Shown here: positions 50,026 to 59,601 of the stretch, in pieces
Numbering within the stretch: the stretch's first letter is position 1
Layout of the letters: the number at the start of each line of letters is the position of its first letter
NCBI GenBank assembly: GCA_963766675.1
Contig: CAVYBA010000002.1
Span: 8,662 to 72,661 of the forward strand
From: an uncultured Chloroflexia bacterium
GTDB taxonomy: Bacteria > Chloroflexota > Limnocylindria > Limnocylindrales > CSP1-4
Length of the DNA: 64,000 bases
Reading direction: 5' to 3'
Made by a program: the position numbers and the translations under genes
The notes under the pieces: generated by a model
Told to the model about the DNA's origin: nothing
The model's database searches: none
Seen by the model: only the letters and a program-made list of their open reading frames with translations

Positions 50026-51061
50026 ATGCTTGCCCTGGTCAAGGCCCGTCCCGAAGCCGGTCTCGAGCTTCGCGACGTCCCCGTTCCCGAGATCGGAATC
50101 AACGACGTCCTGATCCGCGTCCACAAGACCGGGATCTGCGGCACGGACCTGCACATCGAGTCGTGGGATCCGTGGGCAGCTGGCCACGATCAAGCCACCG
50201 CTGGTGGTCGGCCATGAGTTCGTCGGCGAGGTCGTCGACGTCGGCGCGAACGTCGCGGACTTCCATCCGGGCGACATCGTCATCGGGCGAGGGTCACGTC
50301 GTGTGCGGCCGCTGCCGCCACTGCCTGGCCGGCCGGTGTCAACCTGTGCGCCAACACGCATCGGACTGGGCGTCAGCCGGGACGGCGCGTTCGCCGAATA
50401 CGTCAGCCCTGCCCGATGACGAACGTCTGGCACCACTGGCCGGGCATCGACGAGGACGTCGATGGCGATCTTCGATCCGTTCGGGAACGCGGTTCACACG
50501 GCGCTCGCCTTCCCGGTCCTCGGCGAGGACGTACTCGTGGTCGGGCGCCGGGCCGATCGGGCTCATGGCGACCGCCGTCGTCCGGCATGCCGGCGCTCGC
50601 TACGTCGTCGTCAGCGAGCCGAACGCGTACCGCCGCGAGCTCGCATGCACGATGGGCGCGACGCTGGTGATCGACCCGACGACGAGCCACTCGCCGACGT
50701 CCTGGCCGAGCTCGGACATGGTCGAGGGCTTCGACGTCGTCGCTCGAGATGTCCGGCAACGCCGGCGCGCTCCGCAACGCCATGGCGAACATGGCGTACG
50801 GGGGCTCGATGGCCATCCTCGGGATCCCGACCGCGGAGATCCCGATCGACGTCAACCGATCGTCTTCAAGAGCTGACCCTGCAGGGCATCTACGGTCGTG
50901 AGATGTACGAGACCTGGTACAAGATGTCGGTCATGCTCACGTCCGGGCTGGACATCAGCCCGGCGATCACCCACCGATTCGGGTTCCGCGACTTCGCCGC
51001 GGCGTTCGCCGCGGCCCGGGCCGGCGATTCCGGCAAGGTCATCATGGATTGGACGTCATGA
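50026..51061 (+). CDS. tdh: L-threonine 3-dehydrogenase (many apparent indels)
   Basis: [54 protein letters not shown]. Confidence 0.88.
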
Positions 51062-52278
51062 ACCAGCTTTCCGATCCGCTCGCCTTCCTCGCCGACGAGG
51101 TCGCCGCGCTTCGCGAGCGCCACCTGTATCGCCCGTTGCGGGTCATGTCGTCGGCCCAGGGCCCGATCGTGTCGATCGACGATCGGCGGCTGATCAGCCT
51201 GTCGTCGAACGACTACCTCGGGTTGACCCATCACCCGCGGGTGTGCCGGGCCGCCGAGGAGGCGGTCCACGAGTTCGGCGCCGGCAGCGGCGCCGTGCGC
51301 ACGATCGCCGGGCACGATGACCATGCATGAGGCGCTCGAGGCCGAATTGGCGGCGTTCAAGGAGACGCCCGCGGTCCTGACCTTCCAGTCCGGGTTCACG
51401 GCCAACACCGGCGTGATCCCGACGATCACCGGCGAGACGGACCTGATCGTGTCCGACGCCCTCAACCATGCCTCGATCATCGACGGGATGCGCCTGTCCA
51501 AGGCGCCCTCGGCAGGTCTATCCGCATGCCGACGTCGCTGCCCTCCGCGAGGTCCTCAGCGAGGCAAGGGCGCAGGGGCGGCCTGGCGGCGGTGAACACC
51601 ACCTGATCCTCGTGGTGACCGATGGGGTCTTCTCGATGGACGGCGACATCGCGCCGCTCCCCGGGATCGTCGAGGCCGCCGAAGCGTTCGGCGCGGCCGT
51701 GATGGTCGACGACGCCCACGCCTCGGGCGTGCTCGGCCGGAACGGCCGCGGATCGGTCGACCATTTCGGGCTGCACGGCCGCGTGGCGATCCAGGTCGGC
51801 ACGCTCAGCAAGGCCGTCGGCTCGCTCGGGGGCTACGTCGCCGGTTCGATCGCCCTTCGCGAGATCCTGACCCAGCGAGCCCGTCCGTTCCTGTTCTCCA
51901 CCTCGCATCCGCCGGCCATCGTGGCCGCGTGCCGCGAGGCGATCCGGGTGATGCAGGACGAACCCGAGCTCCAGGAACGCCTGTGGGCGAACACGCGCCG
52001 GTTCAAGGCCGAGCTGACCCGCCTCGGGTTTCGATACCGGCCGCTCGGAGACTCCGATCACGCCGGTCATGATGGGCGACCCCGAGACGGCCGGCCGGTT
52101 CAGCGACCGGCTGGCCAACGAAGGCGTCTTCGTCCAGCCCGTGGTCTTCCCCACGGTGGCGATGGACAAGTCCCGCCTGCGCACGATCGTGACGGCCGCC
52201 CACTCCGACGAGCAGCTCGACGCGGTCCTCGCCGCGTTCGATCGGGTCGGGCACGAACTGGGCCTCATCTCGGGTTGA
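51058..52278 (+). CDS. kbl: Glycine C-acetyltransferase (2-amino-3-ketobutyrate CoA ligase; apparent indels)
   Basis: [40 protein letters not shown]; coupled to tdh. Confidence 0.85.
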
Positions 52279-52306
52279 TCGTGGTGCCACCGGAGGGGCC
52301 CCAGAG

Positions 52307-53161
52307 GTGATCGATCGTCAGGCGCGGGACCTGCCGCTCGACGCCCACCTCCACACGAACCTGTCGCCCGACAGCGACGTCCCGATCGACCTCTACGCGG
52401 CGGCCGCCCTCGAGCGAGGCGTCGCCGAGCTTGCGATCACGGACCACGTGGACTTCGAGCCAGGAGCTCCGGCGTTCGGATACGCCTCGTTCGAGGACCG
52501 GGAACGCGTCGTCCGCCAGGCCGCCGAGCGCTGGGGACCGCAGGGCGTGGCGATCCGGTTCGGCGTGGAGCTCACCTACGATCGGGGCGTGGGAATCCGA
52601 CATCCGCGACCACCTGGCGCGGCATGCCTACGACTTCACGATCGGATCGGTCCACGATCGCGTCCGCTCGCCGTACCACGCATCGAACGTCCGCAGCTGG
52701 GTGACGGGGCGATCGCTCGCCGAGATCGTGGCCCCGGCGTTCGACGAGGTCGAGGCCGCGGCTCGCTCCGGGCTGTTCGACACGATCGGCCACTCGACGT
52801 CGTGAAGCGCTACCTCCATCCGCACGTGTCTCCGGCCGACCTGGCTGCCGCGCCCGAGCTGTACGAGCCGATCCTGCGGGCGCTCGTGGACAGCGGGACG
52901 GCCCTCGAGATCAATACCAGCGGCCTGCGGCACCCGGTCGCCGAGACGTATCCCGCGGCCCACATCGTTGCGCGCTTCCGCGAGCTCGGCGGCCGGGCGA
53001 TCACGATCGGCTCGGACGCGCACCGGCGCGACCAGTTCGGCTGGGCCCTCGGCGACGGCTACGCGGAGGCGACGACGGCCGGGTTCGACTCGCTCAGCTT
53101 CCGTCGCGGAGGGAGGTCGCGTTTCGGTACCGATCCCGGTCGCCATTGGTCCTGGTCCTAA
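52307..53161 (+). CDS. PHP-family histidinol-phosphatase HisJ-like (compensating indels)
   Basis: DAHLHT, AITDH, GVE, GSVH, EINTSG, TIGSDAH. Confidence 0.8.
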   Translation: MIDRQARDLPLDAHLHTNLSPDSDVPIDLYAAAALERGVAELAITDHVDFEPGAPAFGYASFEDRERVVRQAAERWGPQGVAIRFGVELTYDRGVGIRHPRPPGAACLRLHDRIGPRSRPLAVPRIERPQLGDGAIARRDRGPGVRRGRGRGSLRAVRHDRPLDVVKRYLHPHVSPADLAAAPELYEPILRALVDSGTALEINTSGLRHPVAETYPAAHIVARFRELGGRAITIGSDAHRRDQFGWALGDGYAEATTAGFDSLSFRRGGRSRFGTDPGRHWSWS

Positions 53162-53183
53162 CGGTCTGTACGGAACGTTCGTT

Positions 53184-53768
53184 GTGAGTCTTGACGACGC
53201 CGCGATCGAGCGGTTGGTGGACGACGCACGATCCGGAGATGCCTGGGCATTCGGCCAGCTCTTCGATCACTTCCACCTTCCGATCTACCGCTACATCGTC
53301 AGCCGCATCCACAGCCCGGCGGATACGGAGGACCTGACGCAGCTGGTCTTCGTCAAGGCCCTGGAAGCGCTTCCGCGATACGAGTCGCGGGGCATTCCCT
53401 TCGGGGGCTGGCTCTTTCGGCTGGCCGGAATTCCGTAGTGGACTTCACGAGGACTCGCCACGAACACGCCGACCTGGACACGGTGATCGATCACCGGGGC
53501 GGCGGGCCAGGACCGGAGGACGTGGCGATGATCCGCCAGGAGATGGACGCGATCGCGAGCGCCCTTGCGGCCCTGACCGACGACCAGCGAGAGGCGATCG
53601 AATTGCGCTTCTTCGCCGGGCCTGTCGGCTCGTGAGGCGGCAGACGTGATGGGCCGACAGGAAGGAACGATCCGCGGACTCCAGTTCCGCGCCATCGCCG
53701 CCCTCCGGCGACAACTGGGAATGCAGGAACTGATCGCGACGAGCATGGACGAGCCAACCGATGGATAG
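53184..53768 (+). CDS. ECF sigma factor (apparent indels)
   Basis: GDAWAFGQLF, EDLTQLVFVKA, GWLFRLA, LTDDQREAIELRF, EAA.VMGR.EGTIRGLQFRA. Confidence 0.8.
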
Positions 53769-54745
53769 CCACCCGATGGACGACCGAGACGTCGAGGACG
53801 CCGAGCTCGCGGAACGGCTCGATGCGTACGCGGAAGCCCGGCTGTCCCCGAGCCTGTCGGCCTCGTCGCGGATGCGTGCCAGCGTGATGGCCGCCGCCCA
53901 GCGTCAGGCGGCCCTGGCTCGAGCCGATGTCGAACGGGCCGCTCTCGCGGCCGCTGAAGTGGCGTCCCAGCCGCGAGTCGTTCCGATGCCGCGCTGGCGT
54001 CGCCCGGTCGCGGCGCTGCTGGCCGCGAGCCTGACGCTGGCCCTGGCGGTCGGGTCGGTGGCCGCCGCCCAGCCGGGCGGACCGCTGTACGGCGACCCGG
54101 ATCTGGGCAGAGACGCTGACCCTGCCCTCATCCGCCGCCGAGCGCGCCGCCGCCGAGGTTCGCCGGCTCAACGATCGTCTCGCCGAAGCCGCCAATGCCG
54201 CGGCTGCCGGCAACGCCCAGGCGTCTGCCGCTGCCTTGGGCGCCTACAACTCGATCCTCGCCGAGGCGATGGCCGGGACGAACGGGAGATCCCGTCGCGA
54301 ATGCGACGTTGGACGTCTCGGTCCGTCGGAACATCGAGGTCCTGACGGCACTGCTCGGTCGCGTCCCCGAACAGGCCAGGGACGCGATCCAGCACGCCAT
54401 CGACCAAAGCGACTCGGCCGCCCACGGGCTGCAGGGCAAGCCCGGCGTGGGCGAACCGGCCCGCGACGAATCCAGGCAACGGTCCGAGCGCAGCGAACAA
54501 GCCCGATCACACGGCCAACCCGAACAAGCCCGATCACACGGCCAACCCGAACAAGCCCACGCCGGCAGCCGTCGATCCAACGAAGAAATCGCATGACGGC
54601 ACTCAGCCCACGCCGCGGACCCATCCCACTCCGAAGCCAAAGCCGACCCGCGAGCAGCCGGCTGCGACGACCACGCCCCAGCACACGCCCCGAGGCAAAC
54701 GGGCGGCCATCGACTCCACCCGGCAACGGCAACCACGGCGGCTGA
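53761..54745 (+). CDS. Putative anti-sigma-like membrane protein with low-complexity tail (apparent indels)
   Basis: Overlaps the sigma gene end; cytoplasmic N-terminus, TM, AAQPGGPLY, RL.EA; Pro/Thr/Lys-rich tail. Confidence 0.6.
54494..54558 (+). repeat. 27-bp tandem repeat (2.4 copies), coding
   Basis: CGAACAAGCCCGATCACACGGCCAACC x2 plus 11 nt; likely encodes PNKPDHTAN. Confidence 0.85.
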
Positions 54746-54775
54746 TCGCTTCGCCCGGAGCGATACGCTTCGGGC

Positions 54776-55604
54776 ATGGATGATCGATCGGGTAACACGG
54801 CGCTCCAACTCGACGTCGTCGGCGCTGGACCGGCCTTCACCGATCGACTTGGCGCCACCGGAGCGGCGTACCTCGTCCGGCACGATCGGACCTCGATCCT
54901 GCTCGACCTCGGTCAGGGTTCATTGCCGCGGTTGGCCGGTCTCCTGGATCCGGGCAACCCTCGACGCCGTGGCGATCAGCCATCTCCATCCGGACCATTT
55001 CGTCGACCTCGTCGCACTGCGGCACTTCCTGCGCTGGGGCCCATCGCAGCCGCGCCGGGTGCGGGTCCTTGGGCCGACCGGGCTTGCGCGATCGTCTCGA
55101 CGCGCTGAACGCCGAGGCCGGCTTCAGCGCGGCCGCACTCGACATCGAGGATCTCCGGCCCGGTCGCCTCGCGATCGGGACACTCCAGCTGGAGGTGGCC
55201 CGGGTCACGCACGACGGCCAGAGCTACGCCTTTCGCGTCGCGGTACCCGGCGCAACGGGGTTGGTGTACAGCGGCGATTGCGGACGAGCCGACGATCTGG
55301 CCAGCCTGATCCGTCCCGGTGACACGCTCCTGTCCGAGGTCTCGTTCGGGCCTGGTCCCGTGCCGGCGGGCGCCGCGCACCTCGACGGGCCGGCGGTCGG
55401 AGACCTGGCCGCTCGCACCGGGGTGGCGAGGGTGCTGCTCACGCACCTGTTGATGGCCTTCGATCCGCGCGAGACCGTCGCGTCGGTCCGACGCGGCTTC
55501 GACGGGCCCGGTCGCAGCTCGTCGCGCCGGGTGATCGCTTCACCGCCGTTGGCATCGACGTCAAACCGCGCGGTTCGGGTCCGCTAGGCTTTCGCGGTGC
55601 GTGA
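54776..55604 (+). CDS. MBL-fold metallohydrolase, RNase Z/BN-like (apparent indels; end approximate)
   Basis: LLDLGQG, ISHLHPDH, YSGDC, LLSE, LLTHL. Confidence 0.78.
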
Positions 55605-56976
55605 CGAGCGATCACCGGACCTGCCACCCGCATCGGCCGGTCGGGCGCGCCTCTGGGCACTCCCCGGAACCGCGCACATCTGGCGGCCCTTGGCGACCCG
55701 GCTCGTCTCGAACCTGCGTGATCCGGGAACGGCGCTGCCACTGCTGTTGATCGTCGCGCTGGGTGTTCGCACCCTGTGGCTCGACCTGCCGAAGGGGTCA
55801 TTGATCTTCGACGAGTCCTATTACGTCAACGCCGCGCGCGTCCTGCTCGGCTGGACCCTGCCGCCCGGGTCGAACTACTTCGGCTCGCCGGTCGGTCTCG
55901 ACCCGAATACCGAGCATCCGCCGCTCGGCAAGGTGTTGATCGCCGCCTCCATGCTGGTCTTCGGCGACAACGGGATTGGCTGGCGGATCCCAAGCCTGGT
56001 GGCAGGCATGATGGCGCTGGGATCGCTGTACCTGATCGTCCGTGCCGCAGGCGAAACCGCCTGGCTGGCGATCCTGGCGGTCGGCTTCTTCGCCTTCGAC
56101 AATCTCGCCTTCGTCCACGGCCGGATCGGAACGCTGGACATGATGGTGCTCGCACCGATGCTGATCGCGTGCTGGCTCGCGTTACGCGACCGCTGGGCCC
56201 TGGCCGGAGCGGTATTGGGTGTGGCGGCCTTGATCAAGATCACGGCGCTCTACGGCCTGCTGGCCTTGTTGATCCTGGCCACCCTTCGGCTCTTCGCCGA
56301 GATCAGGGAGGCCGGTGGCCTCCGCCTTCGAGCCGGGAACCTTGGGGTTCGAGTCGGGAGTCTCCGCTCCATCGTCACGCTCGGTGTCAGCTTCGTCGGC
56401 GTGGCGATCATCGGCCTGTGGTTGCTCGATGCTCGATTTACGTCGTTCGCCACGCCGTTCGATCACATCCGCCGGATCTTCGACTATGGCGCGAATCTCA
56501 GGGCGCCGGTCGACCAGGCCGGGATCTGTCCCGGAGCCGACAGCGGGCCCTGGCAGTGGCTCTTCAACCAGTGCCAGATCACCTACCTGCGGGTCGACGT
56601 AACGGTTCGCGCCGGTGACAAGGTTATTTCGACGCTGCCCTCGATCGACTTCCGTGGTGCGCTCAATCCGGTCCTGGCCGGTGCGATCCCGCTGGCGACC
56701 CTGTTCGTGGGCTGGTTCGCTTGGCGGACCAGGAACCGGCTCGCGGAATGGGCGATCGTCTGGGCCGCAGCCAATTACCTGCCCTACGTGGCACTGGCCG
56801 TCGTCAGCCAGCGGATCATGTACATCTACTACTTCCTGCCGGTCGTCCCGGCTGTCGCCGTTGCGGTCGCCCTCCTGCTGCGCCGGGGCGGGTTGCCCAG
56901 GTTCATGACGTGGGGATTCGTGGCCATGTACGCGGCCGGATTCGTCGCGTACTTCCCGTTCCGTCACATCCCCTGA
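55597..56976 (+). CDS. GT-C glycosyltransferase, GT39/PMT-like protein O-mannosyltransferase
   Basis: FDESYY, EHPPLGK, GWR, R...LD, K, PWQW, R.MY.YY.LP; many TMs. Confidence 0.85.
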   Translation: MRDERSPDLPPASAGRARLWALPGTAHIWRPLATRLVSNLRDPGTALPLLLIVALGVRTLWLDLPKGSLIFDESYYVNAARVLLGWTLPPGSNYFGSPVGLDPNTEHPPLGKVLIAASMLVFGDNGIGWRIPSLVAGMMALGSLYLIVRAAGETAWLAILAVGFFAFDNLAFVHGRIGTLDMMVLAPMLIACWLALRDRWALAGAVLGVAALIKITALYGLLALLILATLRLFAEIREAGGLRLRAGNLGVRVGSLRSIVTLGVSFVGVAIIGLWLLDARFTSFATPFDHIRRIFDYGANLRAPVDQAGICPGADSGPWQWLFNQCQITYLRVDVTVRAGDKVISTLPSIDFRGALNPVLAGAIPLATLFVGWFAWRTRNRLAEWAIVWAAANYLPYVALAVVSQRIMYIYYFLPVVPAVAVAVALLLRRGGLPRFMTWGFVAMYAAGFVAYFPFRHIP

Positions 56977-56996
56977 GCCGGGCACGGAGAACGGCC

Positions 56997-58259
56997 GTGC
57001 GGGCCCCAGGCCGGAACATCCGTTACAGGGAGGCTGCCATCCGGCGCGGGTGGCTGCGCGGGGTCCGCTTCGCCGTCGCCCTGATCCTGGGCCAGGGCGC
57101 GGTCCTCGTCCTGACTGGACTCCTCGCCCCGCTGGCCGGCGGTCGCGAACCCTTTGCGGGCAGCTGGGAGGAGCTGGTCGAACACGGCGTCGGCCTGGTC
57201 GCGCTCATCGAGTCGAACTGGCAGCGATGGGACGCCCTCTGGTACCAGCACATCGCCACGTTCGGCTATGGCGCTCACGACGGAAGCCTCGCGTTCTACC
57301 CTCTCTACCCGATCCTCGCCCACGTGGCGGCGATCCCCTCGGGCAACGTCGTGCGAGGCGAGCTGTTCGTGTCGGCGGCTGCCGCCATCGGCGCGGCGTG
57401 GTCCCTCTGGCGGCTCACCCGACTCGAGGTGCTGAGGGACCAAATCGGCGATCCGGGTCGCGATCGAGAACGAGCGCGCCGCAGGCTCGCCCCGGCGCTC
57501 GTCGTCCTCCTGACCGTGCTGTTCCCGACCGGCTTCTTCCTGCTCGCGCCGTATACGGAAGGCCTCTTCCTCCTCCTGACAGTGACGACCTTCTGGCTCA
57601 TGCGGACCGGCCGTCTCTGGGCGGCCGGGCTGGTCGCCTTGCTGGCGAGCATCACCCGTGCTCAGGGCGTCATCCTGCTGCTCCCGCTCGCCTACGAATC
57701 CCTCCGCGCCAGCGGGACCCTCGAATGGGTCCACGATCACGGTGCCCGGCACCCGCCGAGCCCGACGCTGCTGGCGGCGCTGTTGCCGGCCGCCGGCACG
57801 CTCGGTTTCGCCGCCTATCAGGCATCGTTGGTTGGTGGAGGGGCCGGCATCGGCACCCAATCGCCGTGGGGCCTGTCGATCGTGCTGCCCTGGCAGGCCG
57901 TCACCGCGTCGCTCGGGTACATCGGCAGCCACCTCGGTGGGCCTGTCGCGATCATCGAGATGCTAAACCTGGCGCTCCTCGCGCTGGCTCTCCTCGTTGC
58001 CGTGGTGGGCATCCGCCGACTACCCGTGGCGTACTCGCTCTATGCGGTCCCGACGCTCGGGCTGTACTTCTTCCGAACCTCCTACTTCTCCCCGCTCATG
58101 AGCGTGTCCCGGTACGTGCTCGTGGTCTTCCCGTGCTTCATCGTCGCGGGGGTCTGGCTCGGCACGCGTCCGAGGCTTGCCATGGTGGTGCTGGCGGCGA
58201 GCGCCGTCGCCCAGATCCTGCTCTACCAGTACTGGGTGCGCTGGGGATTCGTCGCCTGA
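56997..58259 (+). CDS. GT-C mannosyltransferase, PIG-V/GT76-like
   Basis: WQRWDALWY..IA..GY, AFYPLYP, FP...F...YTEGLF, TR..G, RY....FP; start uncertain. Confidence 0.85.
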   Translation: MRAPGRNIRYREAAIRRGWLRGVRFAVALILGQGAVLVLTGLLAPLAGGREPFAGSWEELVEHGVGLVALIESNWQRWDALWYQHIATFGYGAHDGSLAFYPLYPILAHVAAIPSGNVVRGELFVSAAAAIGAAWSLWRLTRLEVLRDQIGDPGRDRERARRRLAPALVVLLTVLFPTGFFLLAPYTEGLFLLLTVTTFWLMRTGRLWAAGLVALLASITRAQGVILLLPLAYESLRASGTLEWVHDHGARHPPSPTLLAALLPAAGTLGFAAYQASLVGGGAGIGTQSPWGLSIVLPWQAVTASLGYIGSHLGGPVAIIEMLNLALLALALLVAVVGIRRLPVAYSLYAVPTLGLYFFRTSYFSPLMSVSRYVLVVFPCFIVAGVWLGTRPRLAMVVLAASAVAQILLYQYWVRWGFVA

Positions 58260-58266
58260 GCAAATA

Positions 58267-58300
58267 GAACCGGGATGCGACCGATGCCGCATCCCGGTTC
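58267..58300 (-). terminator. Intrinsic terminator between convergent genes
   Basis: 13-bp stem GAACCGGGATGCG/CGCATCCCGGTTC, followed by TATTT on the minus strand. Confidence 0.7.
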
Positions 58301-58338
58301 CCGGGTTCCGCTAGGTTGCCGGCTGGTTCCGGCTCGAG

Positions 58339-59277
58339 CTACCGACGATTGCGCTTGGTCGCGGTCTCGGCCGGAGCCAGGAGAAGCGTGACCGCCAGGA
58401 CGCCGGCCATCGCCAGGAGCACCAGCCGCCAGCTGTCGTTGGTGGACGTCGGGACGCTGGGCAGCGTATCCGTTGCCGGCAACACGGCACCCTCGGGCGT
58501 CCCCGTCACTCCCTCCACTCCGGCTTCGGGCGTCGGGGTGGGCGTCGGGACCGGCGTCGGGGTGGGCGTCGGGACCGGCGTCGGGGTGGGGGTCGGGACC
58601 GGCGTCGGGGTGGGCGTCGGGACCGGCGTCGGGGTGGGCGTCGGGACCGGCGTCGGGGTGGGCGTCGGCGTCGTCTCCGTGGTTTGCGTCGTCTCGGTCG
58701 TCGACTGCGTGGTCTCGGTGGTCTCGGTCGTCTGCGTCGTCGCAGTCGTCTGCGTCGTCTCAGTCGTCTGCGTCGTCTCAGTCGTCTGCGAGGTCTTGGT
58801 CGTGCTGCTCGAGGAGGTCGTGCTGCTCGAGGAGGTCGTGGTCGTCGTCTCACCAACGCAGACATGCGACAGGTTCAGGTTGCCGTCGCTCACCACATCC
58901 GACGACGCGCCCAGTAACGTGTCGGCACCGGTGATGATCGACCAATGGAGCACACTGCCGGAGACCTTGTAGTTGGCAATTGGGCCGACCGTCCCCGCGT
59001 TCTGGAAGACTGCCGTCAAGTTTCCGGTGGTCACGTTCACCTGGTTCTGAATGAAATGCCAGTACACCTGGCCAGGCTGAAGAACGATGCCGTCGCAGTC
59101 ACCGCTATCGCCGCGTGGGGCTTGGTCCCAGGAGATGGGCGGGGTCTGGTGAAGGTCGTTGGCAAGCGCGCCAGCGGTTCCCGGGCCGATCAACGCCGCT
59201 GTCGTCAGGCCGGCAACGACCAGCCAACCAAAGCGTCGCGCCAATCGCGACCGCTTTCCTGTCAAGGATGTCTGCAT
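58339..59277 (-). CDS. Secreted mucin-like Thr/Pro-rich surface protein with LPATD-TM-basic C-terminal tail
   Basis: Signal peptide (..AGALA), small 2-Cys globular domain, [22 protein letters not shown] repeats, LPATDT, hydrophobic helix, KRNRR. Confidence 0.8.
   Translation of the reverse strand: MQTSLTGKRSRLARRFGWLVVAGLTTAALIGPGTAGALANDLHQTPPISWDQAPRGDSGDCDGIVLQPGQVYWHFIQNQVNVTTGNLTAVFQNAGTVGPIANYKVSGSVLHWSIITGADTLLGASSDVVSDGNLNLSHVCVGETTTTTSSSSTTSSSSTTKTSQTTETTQTTETTQTTATTQTTETTETTQSTTETTQTTETTPTPTPTPVPTPTPTPVPTPTPTPVPTPTPTPVPTPTPTPVPTPTPTPEAGVEGVTGTPEGAVLPATDTLPSVPTSTNDSWRLVLLAMAGVLAVTLLLAPAETATKRNRR
58529..58845. repeat. Coding tandem repeats: 24-bp unit (about 6 copies) and 18-bp units
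   Basis: GGCGTCGGGGTGGGCGTCGGGACC repeated from 58529; GTCGTCTGCGTCGTCTCA-like and GTCGTGCTGCTCGAGGAG units. Confidence 0.9.
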
Positions 59278-59601
59278 GTTTCCGGAACCCCTAGCTTCTG
59301 GGACGCGATGCCCCGGTATGAATGAGCTCGGTGCCGGTGCCCCCCATAAAATGGCGATCGGCCGGTCGAGCGGTCCAGATGATCGCATCGCGTACTCCCC
59401 GAGTCTAGTACCAATAGGTCACCCAAACCTCACCAGACCATTTCAGAGCCGCCTTGTGGCGCCCGGTTCTGGTGCGTCGCGTCACAGTTTGGGTACCATC
59501 CGAGTCGGTACCGACGGCGTCCGAATGGCCAGGACTCTTGGTACGCAACGGCAGCGAACACGAGGCTGTCGCTACGGTGTGCCCACCGCCCAGGAGGACT
59601 C

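Noticed and set aside
54494-54558. 27-bp repeat as a mini CRISPR or att site
   Set aside because: Head-to-tail with no spacers, in-frame length, inside a CDS
43500-55600. Programmed frameshifting or mass pseudogenisation
   Set aside because: Shifts are numerous, lack consistent slippery sites, hit unrelated operons within one bounded interval and leave motifs intact, which fits consensus error
58529-58845. Regular short repeats resembling a CRISPR array
   Set aside because: Units are contiguous multiples of 3 with no unique spacers, encode PTPT/ETTQ linkers, and no cas genes are present
59400-59601. T-box riboswitch upstream of argS
   Set aside because: GGTACC cores are present, but there is no full GGTGGTACCGCG T-box with antiterminator/terminator and no recognisable stem I
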